From Epithemia pelagica (lineage: Eukaryota; Protista; Bacillariophyta): 64,000 bases of DNA. This document shows, piece after piece, positions 32,535 through 43,327 of the stretch; position 1 is the stretch's first letter; every line of letters starts with the position of its first letter. The notes under the pieces are model-generated. The model saw nothing but the letters and a program-made list of their open reading frames with translations. It had not been told where the DNA came from and made no database searches. The DNA is taken from the NCBI GenBank assembly GCA_946965045.2, contig OX337234.1:2728001-2792000 (forward strand). Reading direction: 5' to 3'. Made by a program: the position numbers and the translations under genes.

Positions 32535-35096
32535 ATGGGAAGGAAACACTTTGGGGACAACATCAGCCAGGTCCAGACAAAAAAGAAGGATGTTTCACAA
32601 GGTCATCAAGTATTGTCGTCCTCACCATCCGCATCTCAAAACGAAACAACCACCACCACCACCACCACCATTGGAATTGATTTGGGAACGAGCAATTGTG
32701 CCGCAGCGATTTGGGATTCGACGCGGGGACATCCCAAATGGATGCGTTTGAATCGATTGGCAGAACCACAACAAAGCAACAGTAGCAAACCAGGTCGTGT
32801 CGTACCTTCGACAGTCTTGTTCACCACTCGCGATGCGGCAAATCAAATGGAACAGTTCTGGTCTTCGTCATCGTCGTCCGTGAAAGGTTCTTTGCCCTGG
32901 TTGCAAAACGTCACGACGATTCTCAAACACAAGTACCAAACCACAGCAAAGAGAAGCGACCACCAAAACCAATTGGCCGACCAGAAAAACAGTGGCGCAA
33001 AACGCACCGATGATGGCAGGTCAACACGACCCGAAGAAGAACCAATGTGGGCAATTGTGGGATATTCTGCTCAATGGATCCTCGACGTAGCCTTTGCCTC
33101 TGACGAATCCGCCACGACACAATCAAATTTTCCATTTTCAGCGCAAGAGGTATCATCAGCCTTTGTTTCGAGTGCGAAACGGGCCATTGTCTCACATCAC
33201 CAGCACGATACAAAGACCCGCAAGGACACATCATCCTTGAGTCTCCGTCAGGACCGTTCGTCCATTCCGTTGCACACTTCAATGGATGCAAACGGTACAG
33301 TGCTAATGGACATTCAGCCCTTGGGATCCAACAGACCTATCCAGGTCTCGCCTCTCCATATCATGGCCATTTTGCTGCAGTCCCTTTGTTCTGCAGCTCA
33401 AGACTATCTCCATGGTGTGTTGCGGGAAAAGCATCTTGCCGTACCGGGCGACACGTGGCGAATTGGTTCGCAGTGTGTCATTGGTGTCCCCGCACACTTT
33501 GACCAAACGCAACGACACCAAGTTTTGGAAAGTGCTCGCTGGGCGGGTCTGGACGATGCCTCCTTGTTGACGGAATCAACTGCCGCCGCCATGGCCTATG
33601 GATTGTTTGTCGCCAGTAGTAGCAATACTACCACGAAGGAGGACACCACACTCGCCCCAAAGAAATCCATTCTGGTTTTTGACATGGGTGGTGGTACCAC
33701 CGACATTACCATTGCAGAACTCAAGAGCAGCAGCGACGACGACACTGGTACTACAGAGGGTCCCTTTAGTGTCAAGGCAACGGCGGGCAATTCTCAGTTG
33801 GGAGGAGACGATATGGACCGTGCCATTGCCCAATCCTATGTCTTGTCATCCACCACGAACCAAACTACCACGGATATTCACTCATTGTCGGACTACGAGT
33901 GGCGACGCTTGCTTCGCAATTGCAAACAGGCCAAGGAACACTTGTGTGCCAAGATACTGGAGCAGGATGCATCTCGTCGTCGCAATGGCGATGATACGCC
34001 AAAAGATTTGTCTACAATAGAGGAATCCATTGAGTTTCAAGGTCACGTTTACAAGTTGACGGCGGACCAGTTACAAGCGGCATTGGAGGAGTTCATGGTA
34101 CAGGTCAACGATTTGGTGGAATTGTCCTTGACACGATATGCGGACAGTCTCACGGGACAACAACAACGACAACCAAACGAAGCGGCGGAAATCCACGAAG
34201 TCATTTTGGTCGGTGGAGCGACCCGGGTCTTTTGCATTCGAGACTATTTGAAGGGTATATTTTTGGGTCGGACCCACAGTCCCCAGGAATTGTGTGTTTC
34301 CGTCCATCCCATGGCAGCCGTCGCCCAGGGAACTGCCATTCAAGCCGCCATTCAATCTCGGTTGATTCCCCTCCATGAATTACAGTCCGCCATGATGTTG
34401 GATACTGTTCCTCATGATATTGGCGTGCGTCTGTCGTCGTCGTCGTCGTCGTCGCCGCCGACCGGGACGACGAAACGTCACGACGACAACAACGACTCGT
34501 TTGTCTGTCTGATTCCACGAGGTACGACATTGGAAGCTACGGGATCGGCCTGGTTTCAATTGGCTCATATACGACAACAGGGTGTCACGGTTCATGCTGT
34601 GGAACGAATTGCTGAATTTCCCAGTGGAAAAGAGACCTTGGTCGACTTGGGGATTTTTAACTTTCTCTTGTATCGACCATCGTCCCGTCGTTTGGAAGAA
34701 TTGGAACAGGATGGCGGTCGGTTCATCCAAATTGAAATGACCTTGAAAGAAACGGGAGAATTTTCTGTCGCGGTGGTGGATGAGAATGATCCCGAACAGA
34801 CACAGCGGCGGCGACGAAAGCAACAGGAACAACAACAACAACTCCAAAAAGAGCAGACACCATCCCGGCGTTCCAAACGATCGAAACAAACCGACTCTTC
34901 CGAATCTCAATACTACCTATTGCATGAGGACGACACCGGCCCGAATACCACTGGTGATGAATACGACCAAGAAGCAATGCCGGTGGAACAACTCCTTCTT
35001 GTGGCGGCATGTATCCTCTTGTTCTTTTTGTACTTGGGACTCAAAGTCTTGTTCCAAGACACACGGAGCGTGGAATGGACCACCAATGAGCTGTGA
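32535..35096 (+). CDS. Atypical Hsp70-family protein with C-terminal TM helix
   Basis: IGIDLGTSN, VIGVPAHF, ESTAAAMAYG, VFDMGGGTTD, LGGDDMD and ILVGGATR. Confidence 0.9.
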   Translation: MGRKHFGDNISQVQTKKKDVSQGHQVLSSSPSASQNETTTTTTTTIGIDLGTSNCAAAIWDSTRGHPKWMRLNRLAEPQQSNSSKPGRVVPSTVLFTTRDAANQMEQFWSSSSSSVKGSLPWLQNVTTILKHKYQTTAKRSDHQNQLADQKNSGAKRTDDGRSTRPEEEPMWAIVGYSAQWILDVAFASDESATTQSNFPFSAQEVSSAFVSSAKRAIVSHHQHDTKTRKDTSSLSLRQDRSSIPLHTSMDANGTVLMDIQPLGSNRPIQVSPLHIMAILLQSLCSAAQDYLHGVLREKHLAVPGDTWRIGSQCVIGVPAHFDQTQRHQVLESARWAGLDDASLLTESTAAAMAYGLFVASSSNTTTKEDTTLAPKKSILVFDMGGGTTDITIAELKSSSDDDTGTTEGPFSVKATAGNSQLGGDDMDRAIAQSYVLSSTTNQTTTDIHSLSDYEWRRLLRNCKQAKEHLCAKILEQDASRRRNGDDTPKDLSTIEESIEFQGHVYKLTADQLQAALEEFMVQVNDLVELSLTRYADSLTGQQQRQPNEAAEIHEVILVGGATRVFCIRDYLKGIFLGRTHSPQELCVSVHPMAAVAQGTAIQAAIQSRLIPLHELQSAMMLDTVPHDIGVRLSSSSSSSPPTGTTKRHDDNNDSFVCLIPRGTTLEATGSAWFQLAHIRQQGVTVHAVERIAEFPSGKETLVDLGIFNFLLYRPSSRRLEELEQDGGRFIQIEMTLKETGEFSVAVVDENDPEQTQRRRRKQQEQQQQLQKEQTPSRRSKRSKQTDSSESQYYLLHEDDTGPNTTGDEYDQEAMPVEQLLLVAACILLFFLYLGLKVLFQDTRSVEWTTNEL

Positions 35097-35380
35097 TGTT
35101 CTCATTGGAGGATCAATCAACAACAACAGCAGAAGCTTTGCATGGGATGTTGATTCCGCCCTACATTGGCCTCTAGCATTCTTCTCCAAACAAATGAGGT
35201 CGTCTATCGATAAATAAGACATAGCTATGTGTGGAATCACCGATTCCCGAACAGGATTCGGATCCCGCACATGCTTTCGAGTCCCGGTAAAAGATGGAAT
35301 GCGAATCTTTTCCGTCACGTTTTGGCAGATCTTTTTCGTCATCGAGAGAAATGAAAAATGCGAAGACATAAAACCAGAAC

Positions 35381-37924
35381 ATGACCTGGCACACCAACAC
35401 GTTTCTAACATCCGTCGTCCTCGTCCATTGGCTGTTGCTCTCATCATCATTCTCCATTTGCAACAGTCTAGTGTCTCCCTGTCCATCCATTGGTGGTGTC
35501 ACCTTGCAACGAATCCCCTGGTCCAGGAGTCCTTCGTCTTCTTCTTCTTCTTTTGATACCAAACTGATGCAACAACCACCAGGAACAAACGGCGTTTTGT
35601 CGGTGCAACCCATTGATGCCGAAGTGGTGGGTGCTTCGGGTCGGATTGGATCTCAATTGTTGCGGTTGCTTCGCGATCGTGTCCGAGCCGTACCCAAGGG
35701 CCTTTGTCCAGGCAGTTGGACCAACACAAATGAAAATGACAACGACGACGACCAGCATGGCAAACCCATTTTTGTGGCCACACCGGCCGCCACCTGGAAG
35801 GAAATTCATCACGTGACTCTGCCGCATCGAAGACGAGATTTGGTCTGGGTGGGCAATGCCTCCTTGTTGAAGGAACCGTCGAACGAGGATGATGGCGACT
35901 CGACCCTGGACATGTATCGACATGCCACTGTCGTGGTACCTCATTATGGTATTTTGACCGTGGGAGCTCTTCCGACCACATCCCCCCAAAGCAAGAGAAA
36001 TCCTGTCCCCACCTACATCTATGGTAGACATGCCGCATTTACAGCCGCCTTGCTCGAACAAGATGGCATTTCCGTGGAAATCCTTTCCTCCTGGTCCCAA
36101 CTGCAACAAAAGGCGGCGCAAAAACTCGTGTGGGCCTCGTGTTTGTGGCTCTTCTGCCATGCACCGGACCACGTGGTGGTGCAAGAACCAAAGGAGGAGA
36201 AACACGAGTTGCCCAACACTCGTATCGTTCCTCTTTCCGTCACGCAAGTGCATCAAACCTATCCCCAACAACTCGAACGATTGGTGCAAGAGTTGTGGCC
36301 CATTTTGTCCAACCAACTGAATGGAGGAGATTCCCCCATTAGTACCCATCAAGTTTTAACCTACATGCAAGATTACTCCGAGTCCATGCCAAAGGCTGTG
36401 CCCAGTTTGGAATTGGCCAAGGCCGAACTCCAGGAGCGGAATGGTGTCTTTTTTCGGTCAGGAACACACCGAGAAGAACAACCTTATCATTGTCAGTTGC
36501 TCCAGGCGATTGTAGGGTCAGCCACCGTGACGGCCCTACAGCAACAGCAGCAGCAGCAACGTTTGGAATCCGAACCAAGTCGTCCCAAACCCGAGATTGT
36601 CACACTGCCGGAATTGAATTTGTCCGTCTATGGATACCCACGTACTCGACAACGATTGGCCAAGAATGCCATGAACGTTGTCATTGTTGGCGGTGGTGTG
36701 TTGGGGACGTGTATTGCCTTGAATGCCGCACGTCTGGGCTTGGAGAAGATTACAGTGGTGGACCAACAACCTCCCTCCGAAGCAGCCGTGGGCAGCACGA
36801 CACCCGCTTCGTGGGCCTGGTTGAATGCCAATCAAAAATCTCCTCCCGCTTCCTACCAATGGCTCAATCATGTAGGGCTCTTGGCGTGGCGCAAAGATCC
36901 CCTGTTACAAAATTTGCCCCTGTGGAACGGATCCTTGGTTCAAACCAAACAACCCGTCGACGACGCCAAGACACTGCTCATGGGATATCCTTGTCAAGGT
37001 CCTCTGACGCGGAGTCAAATTGTGGCATTGGAACCGCACTGTATCTTGGACGCCGGTCCGTATCCCACTTACTTTTTTGCCGAAGAAGGCTGCGTCGATC
37101 CCTTGGAAACAGTCCGTGTCTTGCGTCAATCGTGTAGGGACCACCACAAGGTGACCTTTCGATTGGGTTGCCAAGTGGAATCCCTGGTGCGGAACGAGGA
37201 GGGCCTCGTGACGGGGGTTCAAGGGACGACGACGACGACCGTCCACAACAGCACCACGACGACAAGTATGGTCCTTCCAGCCACGGTGGTAGTGTCTGCT
37301 GCCGGTGTCGGGTCCGCAGCTCGTTCGTTGGGAGGCATTCCCCTTCTCACCAATCCTGGTACGATTGTTCTGGGTCAACCCAAAGAAAAGAACAAGGATG
37401 CTGTTACCGGAAACGAAGAACAAGAACCAGGCCTTCTTTCCCGTGTCTTGGTGGATGCCGTGAATGAGAGTCACATTTTACAACGACGCAATGGTACGAT
37501 TGCCGTGGGAGGTGGCTATCCTCAAGTGGGAGGCGTTTCTGCCGAACAGTCGGATCCGAGCGGGGCGGACCAATCGTCGTCGTCCTTGAATGCCACGCAC
37601 TTGTTGTCCTCGGCCGCCAAGTTCCTGGCACCCACCGTGGTCGCGCAATTGGATCCGGAATCGCTCGTCACCGAACAAGCAATACGACCCATGCCCGTGG
37701 ATGGCTACCCCTCGATTGGCCTCGTCTCCTCCTCGAATCCTGATGCGACGACGCTCGACCCCTCACTCTACTCGGTGGTGACGCATTCGGGGATTACCTT
37801 GGCACCCTTGCTGGGAGCTTTGATTGCCGCCGAAGTGTATCACAATCTCGATTTGGTACTCCTCCAACCATGGCGACCGCAACGATTCGATGCCAAAAAA
37901 CAAGCCACAAAAAGTCGCCTCTAG
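35381..37924 (+). CDS. Fusion of a ketopantoate-reductase-like domain and a DAO-family FAD oxidoreductase, with signal/transit peptide
   Basis: VVGASGRIG..KLVWASCLWL followed by VVIVGGGVLG..ASWAWLNAN..RPMPVDGYP..VTHSGITLAP. Confidence 0.75.
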   Translation: MTWHTNTFLTSVVLVHWLLLSSSFSICNSLVSPCPSIGGVTLQRIPWSRSPSSSSSSFDTKLMQQPPGTNGVLSVQPIDAEVVGASGRIGSQLLRLLRDRVRAVPKGLCPGSWTNTNENDNDDDQHGKPIFVATPAATWKEIHHVTLPHRRRDLVWVGNASLLKEPSNEDDGDSTLDMYRHATVVVPHYGILTVGALPTTSPQSKRNPVPTYIYGRHAAFTAALLEQDGISVEILSSWSQLQQKAAQKLVWASCLWLFCHAPDHVVVQEPKEEKHELPNTRIVPLSVTQVHQTYPQQLERLVQELWPILSNQLNGGDSPISTHQVLTYMQDYSESMPKAVPSLELAKAELQERNGVFFRSGTHREEQPYHCQLLQAIVGSATVTALQQQQQQQRLESEPSRPKPEIVTLPELNLSVYGYPRTRQRLAKNAMNVVIVGGGVLGTCIALNAARLGLEKITVVDQQPPSEAAVGSTTPASWAWLNANQKSPPASYQWLNHVGLLAWRKDPLLQNLPLWNGSLVQTKQPVDDAKTLLMGYPCQGPLTRSQIVALEPHCILDAGPYPTYFFAEEGCVDPLETVRVLRQSCRDHHKVTFRLGCQVESLVRNEEGLVTGVQGTTTTTVHNSTTTTSMVLPATVVVSAAGVGSAARSLGGIPLLTNPGTIVLGQPKEKNKDAVTGNEEQEPGLLSRVLVDAVNESHILQRRNGTIAVGGGYPQVGGVSAEQSDPSGADQSSSSLNATHLLSSAAKFLAPTVVAQLDPESLVTEQAIRPMPVDGYPSIGLVSSSNPDATTLDPSLYSVVTHSGITLAPLLGALIAAEVYHNLDLVLLQPWRPQRFDAKKQATKSRL

Positions 37925-38124
37925 CTCTAGATAAACAAACATAGCGTCTTGGGAGAGCTCGTGTATTTATCTTACTCTAGGGTCCAGAATGAGACTTGTC
38001 GTAATCTCTATGTAGTTGTTGATCTGTGTGGAAAGACCCTTGCACTGTCCGATTGATTCCTTTGGCTTTCCTCTTTGGCATTCGTGTGCTTGTTCGTCCC
38101 TTCCACGAACCGTCTGCAGCCTCA

Positions 38125-39576
38125 TTACGCTTGTTCTTCTTCTTCTTCTTCAAGTCGATCGGCGACAATGGACAAGACCTTGCGAAACAATTTGGCGGCC
38201 GGTGCTCCCATATCGCGCGGAACACACAACCGAGCCGCCACGGTTCGGAGCGCCTGAGCGGCCTCTGCTTGGTCTTGTGGCGCAATGGCATTCAAGGACA
38301 CGGCGTGTGCCGCCGCCTCACAGGGAGACGGTGTCAGCAAGGCTGTGGCGACCAATCGCAACCCGAGATCCGCCACCTCGGCATTGGTGGCCCGGGGTAC
38401 AGACGGTTGCGATTTCGGATGGGGATTGGTACAATCCTGAAGGACTGCTTCATGATTGGAAATGAGTTTTGTGGCAACTTCCACGGCAAATTCGTCTTGG
38501 ACCGTGGCGGTGGCAAAGGATTGGGTCAATGCTTGGGCCCGTGCTTCGGATTGTTGCATGCGTTGGACCACCTCGGGATTCCCGTTGGTGCCATTGCCAA
38601 AAAATTGCAGAAACATGGCATTGGTGGCTGTCCAGGAATATTCGTCTCCGGCCACGCGATTGGCATAGGGAGCAAAGGAATCCATGGTCTCAAACCAAGC
38701 TGCCAAATGAGGACGATTCTCCAAAATATCCAGGCCCGTGGTGAGCGGCATTTGATACCGCCATCGTTCCAAGGAGGGAATCAGGATGGCATCCAAGGCC
38801 GAAAATTCTGCACCCAATCGAAAGCAGGGTCCCGCGGATTGTTGTTGTTCTTGTTGTTGTTGTTGGGCCAAGGCGGCATCCAATTGGTCCAATTGCGTGA
38901 CAAAGGTGGTCCGAAGTTGCTCCTTTTCGGCGGTGGTCAAGGTTTGATTGCGCAAACTAAATTGAAAGGTAAAGCCCGCCTTGGTCAATTGTTCGGTCGC
39001 CTCCATGGCTTGTTGGTATTCCGGAGCATCGGCTCGCACCAATTGCGGACCCGACGTGGGAAATTCTTGGTCCAAGGCTTGCAAAATGCTTTGGGATTCC
39101 CACACCAGTCGTCGTTCATGCTTGACCTCTGGTTCTTGATTGTCGTTCTCGTCGTCGTTGTGGATGGTTTCATGGAATACCACGGCCGGTACCAAGGTCG
39201 TGGGAACCAATTGTTTGTACCAATCGGGTTTGTCTCGCAAATTGATCAATTGTTCTTGATAGGAAATATTCTTGGCTCGCAAGGCGACCCACACTCGTTC
39301 GCAAAAGGGACACCAGCCATTGGTATCGCGATACAAGGTGACTTGTGGAGGATTCGGCACTGACGACGAGCTGGCATCGACGCTGCTTGTGGCAAGGCGT
39401 TTCGACAAGTCCTCCCACGAAGATACGGTCGTTGTGCTTGGTGGTGGTGGTTCGACCACGGTTGCACTACTGGCAGAATGGAGCGGAGAGACGACCAAAC
39501 GACTGCTCAAGGCAGCCACCCAGGACAAAGTCCAGGACAACAACACGACAAAGACTCCAACCGAAAACGTCTTCAT
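38125..39576 (-). CDS. Cys-type glutathione S-transferase, probably plastid-targeted
   Basis: LYRDTNGWCPFCERVW, LVPA and WESQSIL; N-terminal signal peptide. Confidence 0.9.
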   Translation of the reverse strand: MKTFSVGVFVVLLSWTLSWVAALSSRLVVSPLHSASSATVVEPPPPSTTTVSSWEDLSKRLATSSVDASSSSVPNPPQVTLYRDTNGWCPFCERVWVALRAKNISYQEQLINLRDKPDWYKQLVPTTLVPAVVFHETIHNDDENDNQEPEVKHERRLVWESQSILQALDQEFPTSGPQLVRADAPEYQQAMEATEQLTKAGFTFQFSLRNQTLTTAEKEQLRTTFVTQLDQLDAALAQQQQQEQQQSAGPCFRLGAEFSALDAILIPSLERWRYQMPLTTGLDILENRPHLAAWFETMDSFAPYANRVAGDEYSWTATNAMFLQFFGNGTNGNPEVVQRMQQSEARAQALTQSFATATVQDEFAVEVATKLISNHEAVLQDCTNPHPKSQPSVPRATNAEVADLGLRLVATALLTPSPCEAAAHAVSLNAIAPQDQAEAAQALRTVAARLCVPRDMGAPAAKLFRKVLSIVADRLEEEEEEQA

Positions 39577-40236
39577 GTCTCAAGATGGCAAAATACGATA
39601 AGAGGGATGCAATGGTAGGGGAAAAGAAGAATCCCCGAAGAAGATAATATCTTTTGGAGGTTGCTCGCTTTGAAAGAATGAGTCACCATGGTCAACTTCA
39701 CGTCATCCATCGTCCGTGGTCAGTGAAATCAATGACGTCACCAATACCGGGTTCAAGTTCAAAAGCGAAGCAAAAATAATAGGAGTAAGTGATAGCTATG
39801 CCCTTACCGCTTTAATACTAGGAGTAGGAGTACTACGAGAAATATGGTTACGGGAGGACCAACGGTCATCATGGGGACGACCTACCTCTAGGTGGTAGCG
39901 GTCGAGGGGTAGAGCTATGTCTCTGGCTCATGTTACTCCTACTCTCGTAGTAGATGGATGTACTCCCAGTAGAAGAAAGATGCGAGATGCCATTGTGCGA
40001 TTTTTGATGACGAGATAGGGTCTTCTTCTCATTATCAGCTGCAACAAGTCTCCTTACACCTACACGCTGCAGAGAATAGGGGTGCCATATGAAAAGTTGT
40101 GGACTTTGCGAGCTCTAGCTTAGGCACACTGATGCTCCATGGAACGTAAGCGTTTCTTATTAAACTTTCCCTCCCTTGGTGTACCCATACCATCAGCCGT
40201 CCTATGCCGCCTGGGCGGTTTCAATTTTTGGCACAT

Positions 40237-42270
40237 CTACTTGTCATTCACAGGTCCCCAAAGCAAACCAGAAGGGCCACTGGGAGGCGCACTTCCCATA
40301 CGTGTCTTTAGGGAACCAATCTGCCCCTGGACAAGTTCTGAGATTGCACCGGATACTTTTCGGAGCGACTCCAAGTCCTGGACAGTTTCTGAGATTTCAA
40401 CGGATACTTTTCGGAGCGACTCCAAGTCCAGCAAAACAATTTCCAACTCGTTGCTGTCGGTTCGGCGACATCCGATATGTTGCCAACGCACCTCATTGTA
40501 AACATATCCTTTCCTCAAAAACTCCAGCAGCTTCTTCACGACTTTGTCAAGAACGCTTGAGCGATTATCCAGAGGCACTGGAGCAAAAACTGGCATTTTC
40601 AACACGTTTTGTGCATTGAGCAACACATGTTCAACTTGATCTTTGTAGTCCGCTTGCAGGTCTCTCCAACGCTGCACTTCATCTTCAACCTTTTTCCTGG
40701 TTTCCTCAAGATGTTGGGTACGCTTCTTTTCACGGTCTTTGGCGTTGAAAGGCGTCTCCGCATCAACGTTACCCAGATAAAACTTGAGAGCACAAGCTTT
40801 GCCGTCGTCATCCACACCCAGATAAACTCGGGCGTTCCTACCCTGACCAATCTCTCGTACAAGGCAATATCTTTTAGCCATAAGAAGAGGAGGGATCATG
40901 TAATCAATAAACATATTTTTCACCTTCGCCCATTTCAACGTGTCTTCTTCCACGCAAGGGTGAAGCCCATCGAGCTCGGATCCTTGTATGGGCCAAATCT
41001 CTTCCGCGTGGCTCGCTGTCTTCTGCTGGAGAGAGACAAGACCGCAGGCGATAGACAATGTTATACCCTGCATCATATTTCTGAGAGTGAATGGTGCGGA
41101 GTAAACAACTTCTGGGCGAGCGATAGTGATCGTCGGTGATAAATTGCGTTTCCGAATGTTCTTCCGACTGCCGCGCGTCGTCCTTTCCTCCTTCCACAAG
41201 CGTGGGATATCCCTGGAGTCTTGAAAGGCGCGTTTACCTGGGGACGTCTCGAGTTTTTTGTTATTTTTCTGTTCTTCCACTTCGTCTCCAATGACATCGC
41301 CTAAGTTCGCACCAGAGTTGATCAGCTCTACACCCTTTTGAACAATTTTCTGGTACTTCGAGCTTGACGTATTTCCACCACCGTCATCTTCCTGCCAGTC
41401 CTCTGTTTCATTTAAACTCTCTGGCTTCAAGCGACATAAGCAAGCCTCCCGGTAGGATGACAAGAGAACAAACGGCTGGGGGTTTCCTAGCCGATACTGT
41501 GCCACGAGGTAATCAGCAACTTGCCCCGCAATATGCCTGGATTCGAACAAGTTCTCACCGGGCATCTTGACTTCAATAATCAAAATGATGCCCTTTTTCG
41601 GGTGCAGCACCACAATCAAATCCGGTCGCAAGGAGAAAAGGCTCATCTCCTTGAACAGAGAGCAAGAGTCGAAGTATCCCAGCGATCGCAGACACATTTT
41701 CACCACATCTTGTACGTAGTCACAGACTGTCGCCTCGTTGTGGTAGGAGAGAATTTTTTTACCATCTTCCACAATGAGTTTATGATTGGTCACGAAAGAC
41801 TTGAGTTTGGAGCCATCTTTGTCCGTCAACGTGATGTCAAAAGTAAGATCGTGCGATGTAACAAATTTTGGGTCGACGGAACTTTCCGCTTGACGACTAT
41901 GGTCTTCGTGCGGGAGGAGGTCGTTGTCCTGAGGCATGTCAGGGATTCCATTGAAGTCTTTGATCATCTGATGAATGCTCCCTTGATCATCTAGGCGTTG
42001 CTTCTCCTCTTTTAGGCGTTGCTTCTCCTCTTTTAGGCGTTGAATCTCCTGATCCTTCGCTTTCTCCTGATCCTTCGCTTTTATTAGGAGGCGTTGAATC
42101 TCCTGATCCTTCGCTTTCTCCTGATCCTTCGCTTTTATTAGGAGGCGTTGATTCTCCTGATCCCTTGCTTTTAGGCGTTGAATCTCCGCTTTTGAATCCT
42201 CTAGCATTTGTTCCAAGTTCATTCCACCAGAGTTGATGTTGTCGTTGATGTCGCTGTTACTGGTAGACAT
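40237..42270 (-). CDS. Coiled-coil + PD-(D/E)xK REase + kinase-like protein (Crinkler-type architecture)
   Basis: RPDLIV..IIEVK..GQVADYL followed by IGQGRNARVY..ALKF..LLDLE; 54-bp and 21-bp repeats near the N-terminus. Confidence 0.7.
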   Translation of the reverse strand: MSTSNSDINDNINSGGMNLEQMLEDSKAEIQRLKARDQENQRLLIKAKDQEKAKDQEIQRLLIKAKDQEKAKDQEIQRLKEEKQRLKEEKQRLDDQGSIHQMIKDFNGIPDMPQDNDLLPHEDHSRQAESSVDPKFVTSHDLTFDITLTDKDGSKLKSFVTNHKLIVEDGKKILSYHNEATVCDYVQDVVKMCLRSLGYFDSCSLFKEMSLFSLRPDLIVVLHPKKGIILIIEVKMPGENLFESRHIAGQVADYLVAQYRLGNPQPFVLLSSYREACLCRLKPESLNETEDWQEDDGGGNTSSSKYQKIVQKGVELINSGANLGDVIGDEVEEQKNNKKLETSPGKRAFQDSRDIPRLWKEERTTRGSRKNIRKRNLSPTITIARPEVVYSAPFTLRNMMQGITLSIACGLVSLQQKTASHAEEIWPIQGSELDGLHPCVEEDTLKWAKVKNMFIDYMIPPLLMAKRYCLVREIGQGRNARVYLGVDDDGKACALKFYLGNVDAETPFNAKDREKKRTQHLEETRKKVEDEVQRWRDLQADYKDQVEHVLLNAQNVLKMPVFAPVPLDNRSSVLDKVVKKLLEFLRKGYVYNEVRWQHIGCRRTDSNELEIVLLDLESLRKVSVEISETVQDLESLRKVSGAISELVQGQIGSLKTRMGSAPPSGPSGLLWGPVNDK

Positions 42271-43036
42271 GGTGTTGTTGTTGTCGTTCTGTTACTTCGT
42301 TTGCGTGGACAGGTCGAGTGCGTCGCACGGAAAGGCATTGGGTGGAAGCGTTGCTCGTTTGCCAGAGTGTGGCACAGGTCCAAATTTGGCCCGGGCGAGA
42401 ACAGACGGTTTCCTGAGACCCGCATCGTACCGCCCCCGGTCAAGAAGGGACCGACGGACGAACGAGGAAGGGTCATCGCTCCCAAGAGTTCCAAATGCAT
42501 GTGAGACGCTTGTTGGGCCGGTCATTTCTATGACTGGACCAACAAAAGATTTGACGATTCATAAAAATCGTCGGAAAGAAGGGTTGAACGGGTCATCAAG
42601 GATCTGATCACCCATTGGTTCCGTAATTCTCTCGCGGGGATCGACCCAGCGAACACATCCTGCAGGTTGGAGCGGTCTGTGTTGTCGCGAGGTCGTCACA
42701 GTAGCTAGGAGAGGAGAGTGCTAGGATGTAGACACATGCGTTTGCCGAAAGGCCCCGCGCGTGTTTTTCATCGTTTTGGTCGCCTTTACAGTGACAAAAT
42801 TTCGACACACCCTTCGAGGGCGAAATCAATACTTGATATTAGGTAGCTATCGTCTATTTCTATTCGTCTGCGAAGAGCAAGGCAACAACACCAACACAAC
42901 AATCAATCCAGTCTTCCACCTTCAAAGAGTAGGTCCAGCATGTCTAATGTAGAGCTGAAAGCCCTTACATTCAAGGACGTCTGGGAAGCAGAAGGTACAG
43001 AGACGAGCGTTGTTGCACATTTTCAAAGTCTCCAAA

Positions 43037-43263
43037 TGCCAGAACTGACGATACAGTCTCTATTGAGGTCGTACGCAACAGAGACGATACTCTGATATGG
43101 TCAACCAGCGGCAGGGAAGATGTTGGAAGAGAGATGCAATGCAACAATCAAACAGTTCGGAATTATGATTTGGGAAGAGAGGCGGGACTTTATCTACCTT
43201 AGCAGCTCGACGGGCGCGCTCCAAGACTGCACATGCTATCCGTGCTACCTCATCTTCGCGACA
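43037..43263 (-). repeat. 3' LTR
   Basis: Appears identical to 49171-49397; PPT GAGAGGGAG adjacent at 43264-43272. Confidence 0.95.
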
Positions 43264-43327
43264 CTCCCTCTCAGACGTAGGAGAGCGCCATCATACACAA
43301 TAATTTTGCACAAGATCTTTTGGATCT

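Noticed and set aside
38026-39363. 445-aa + strand ORF
   Set aside because: Antisense shadow of the GST gene, with no motifs.
39780-39955. Possible MITE (TACTACGAGA / TCTCGTAGTA)
   Set aside because: Short arms in low-complexity TAG/GAG-rich intergenic DNA, with no TSD.
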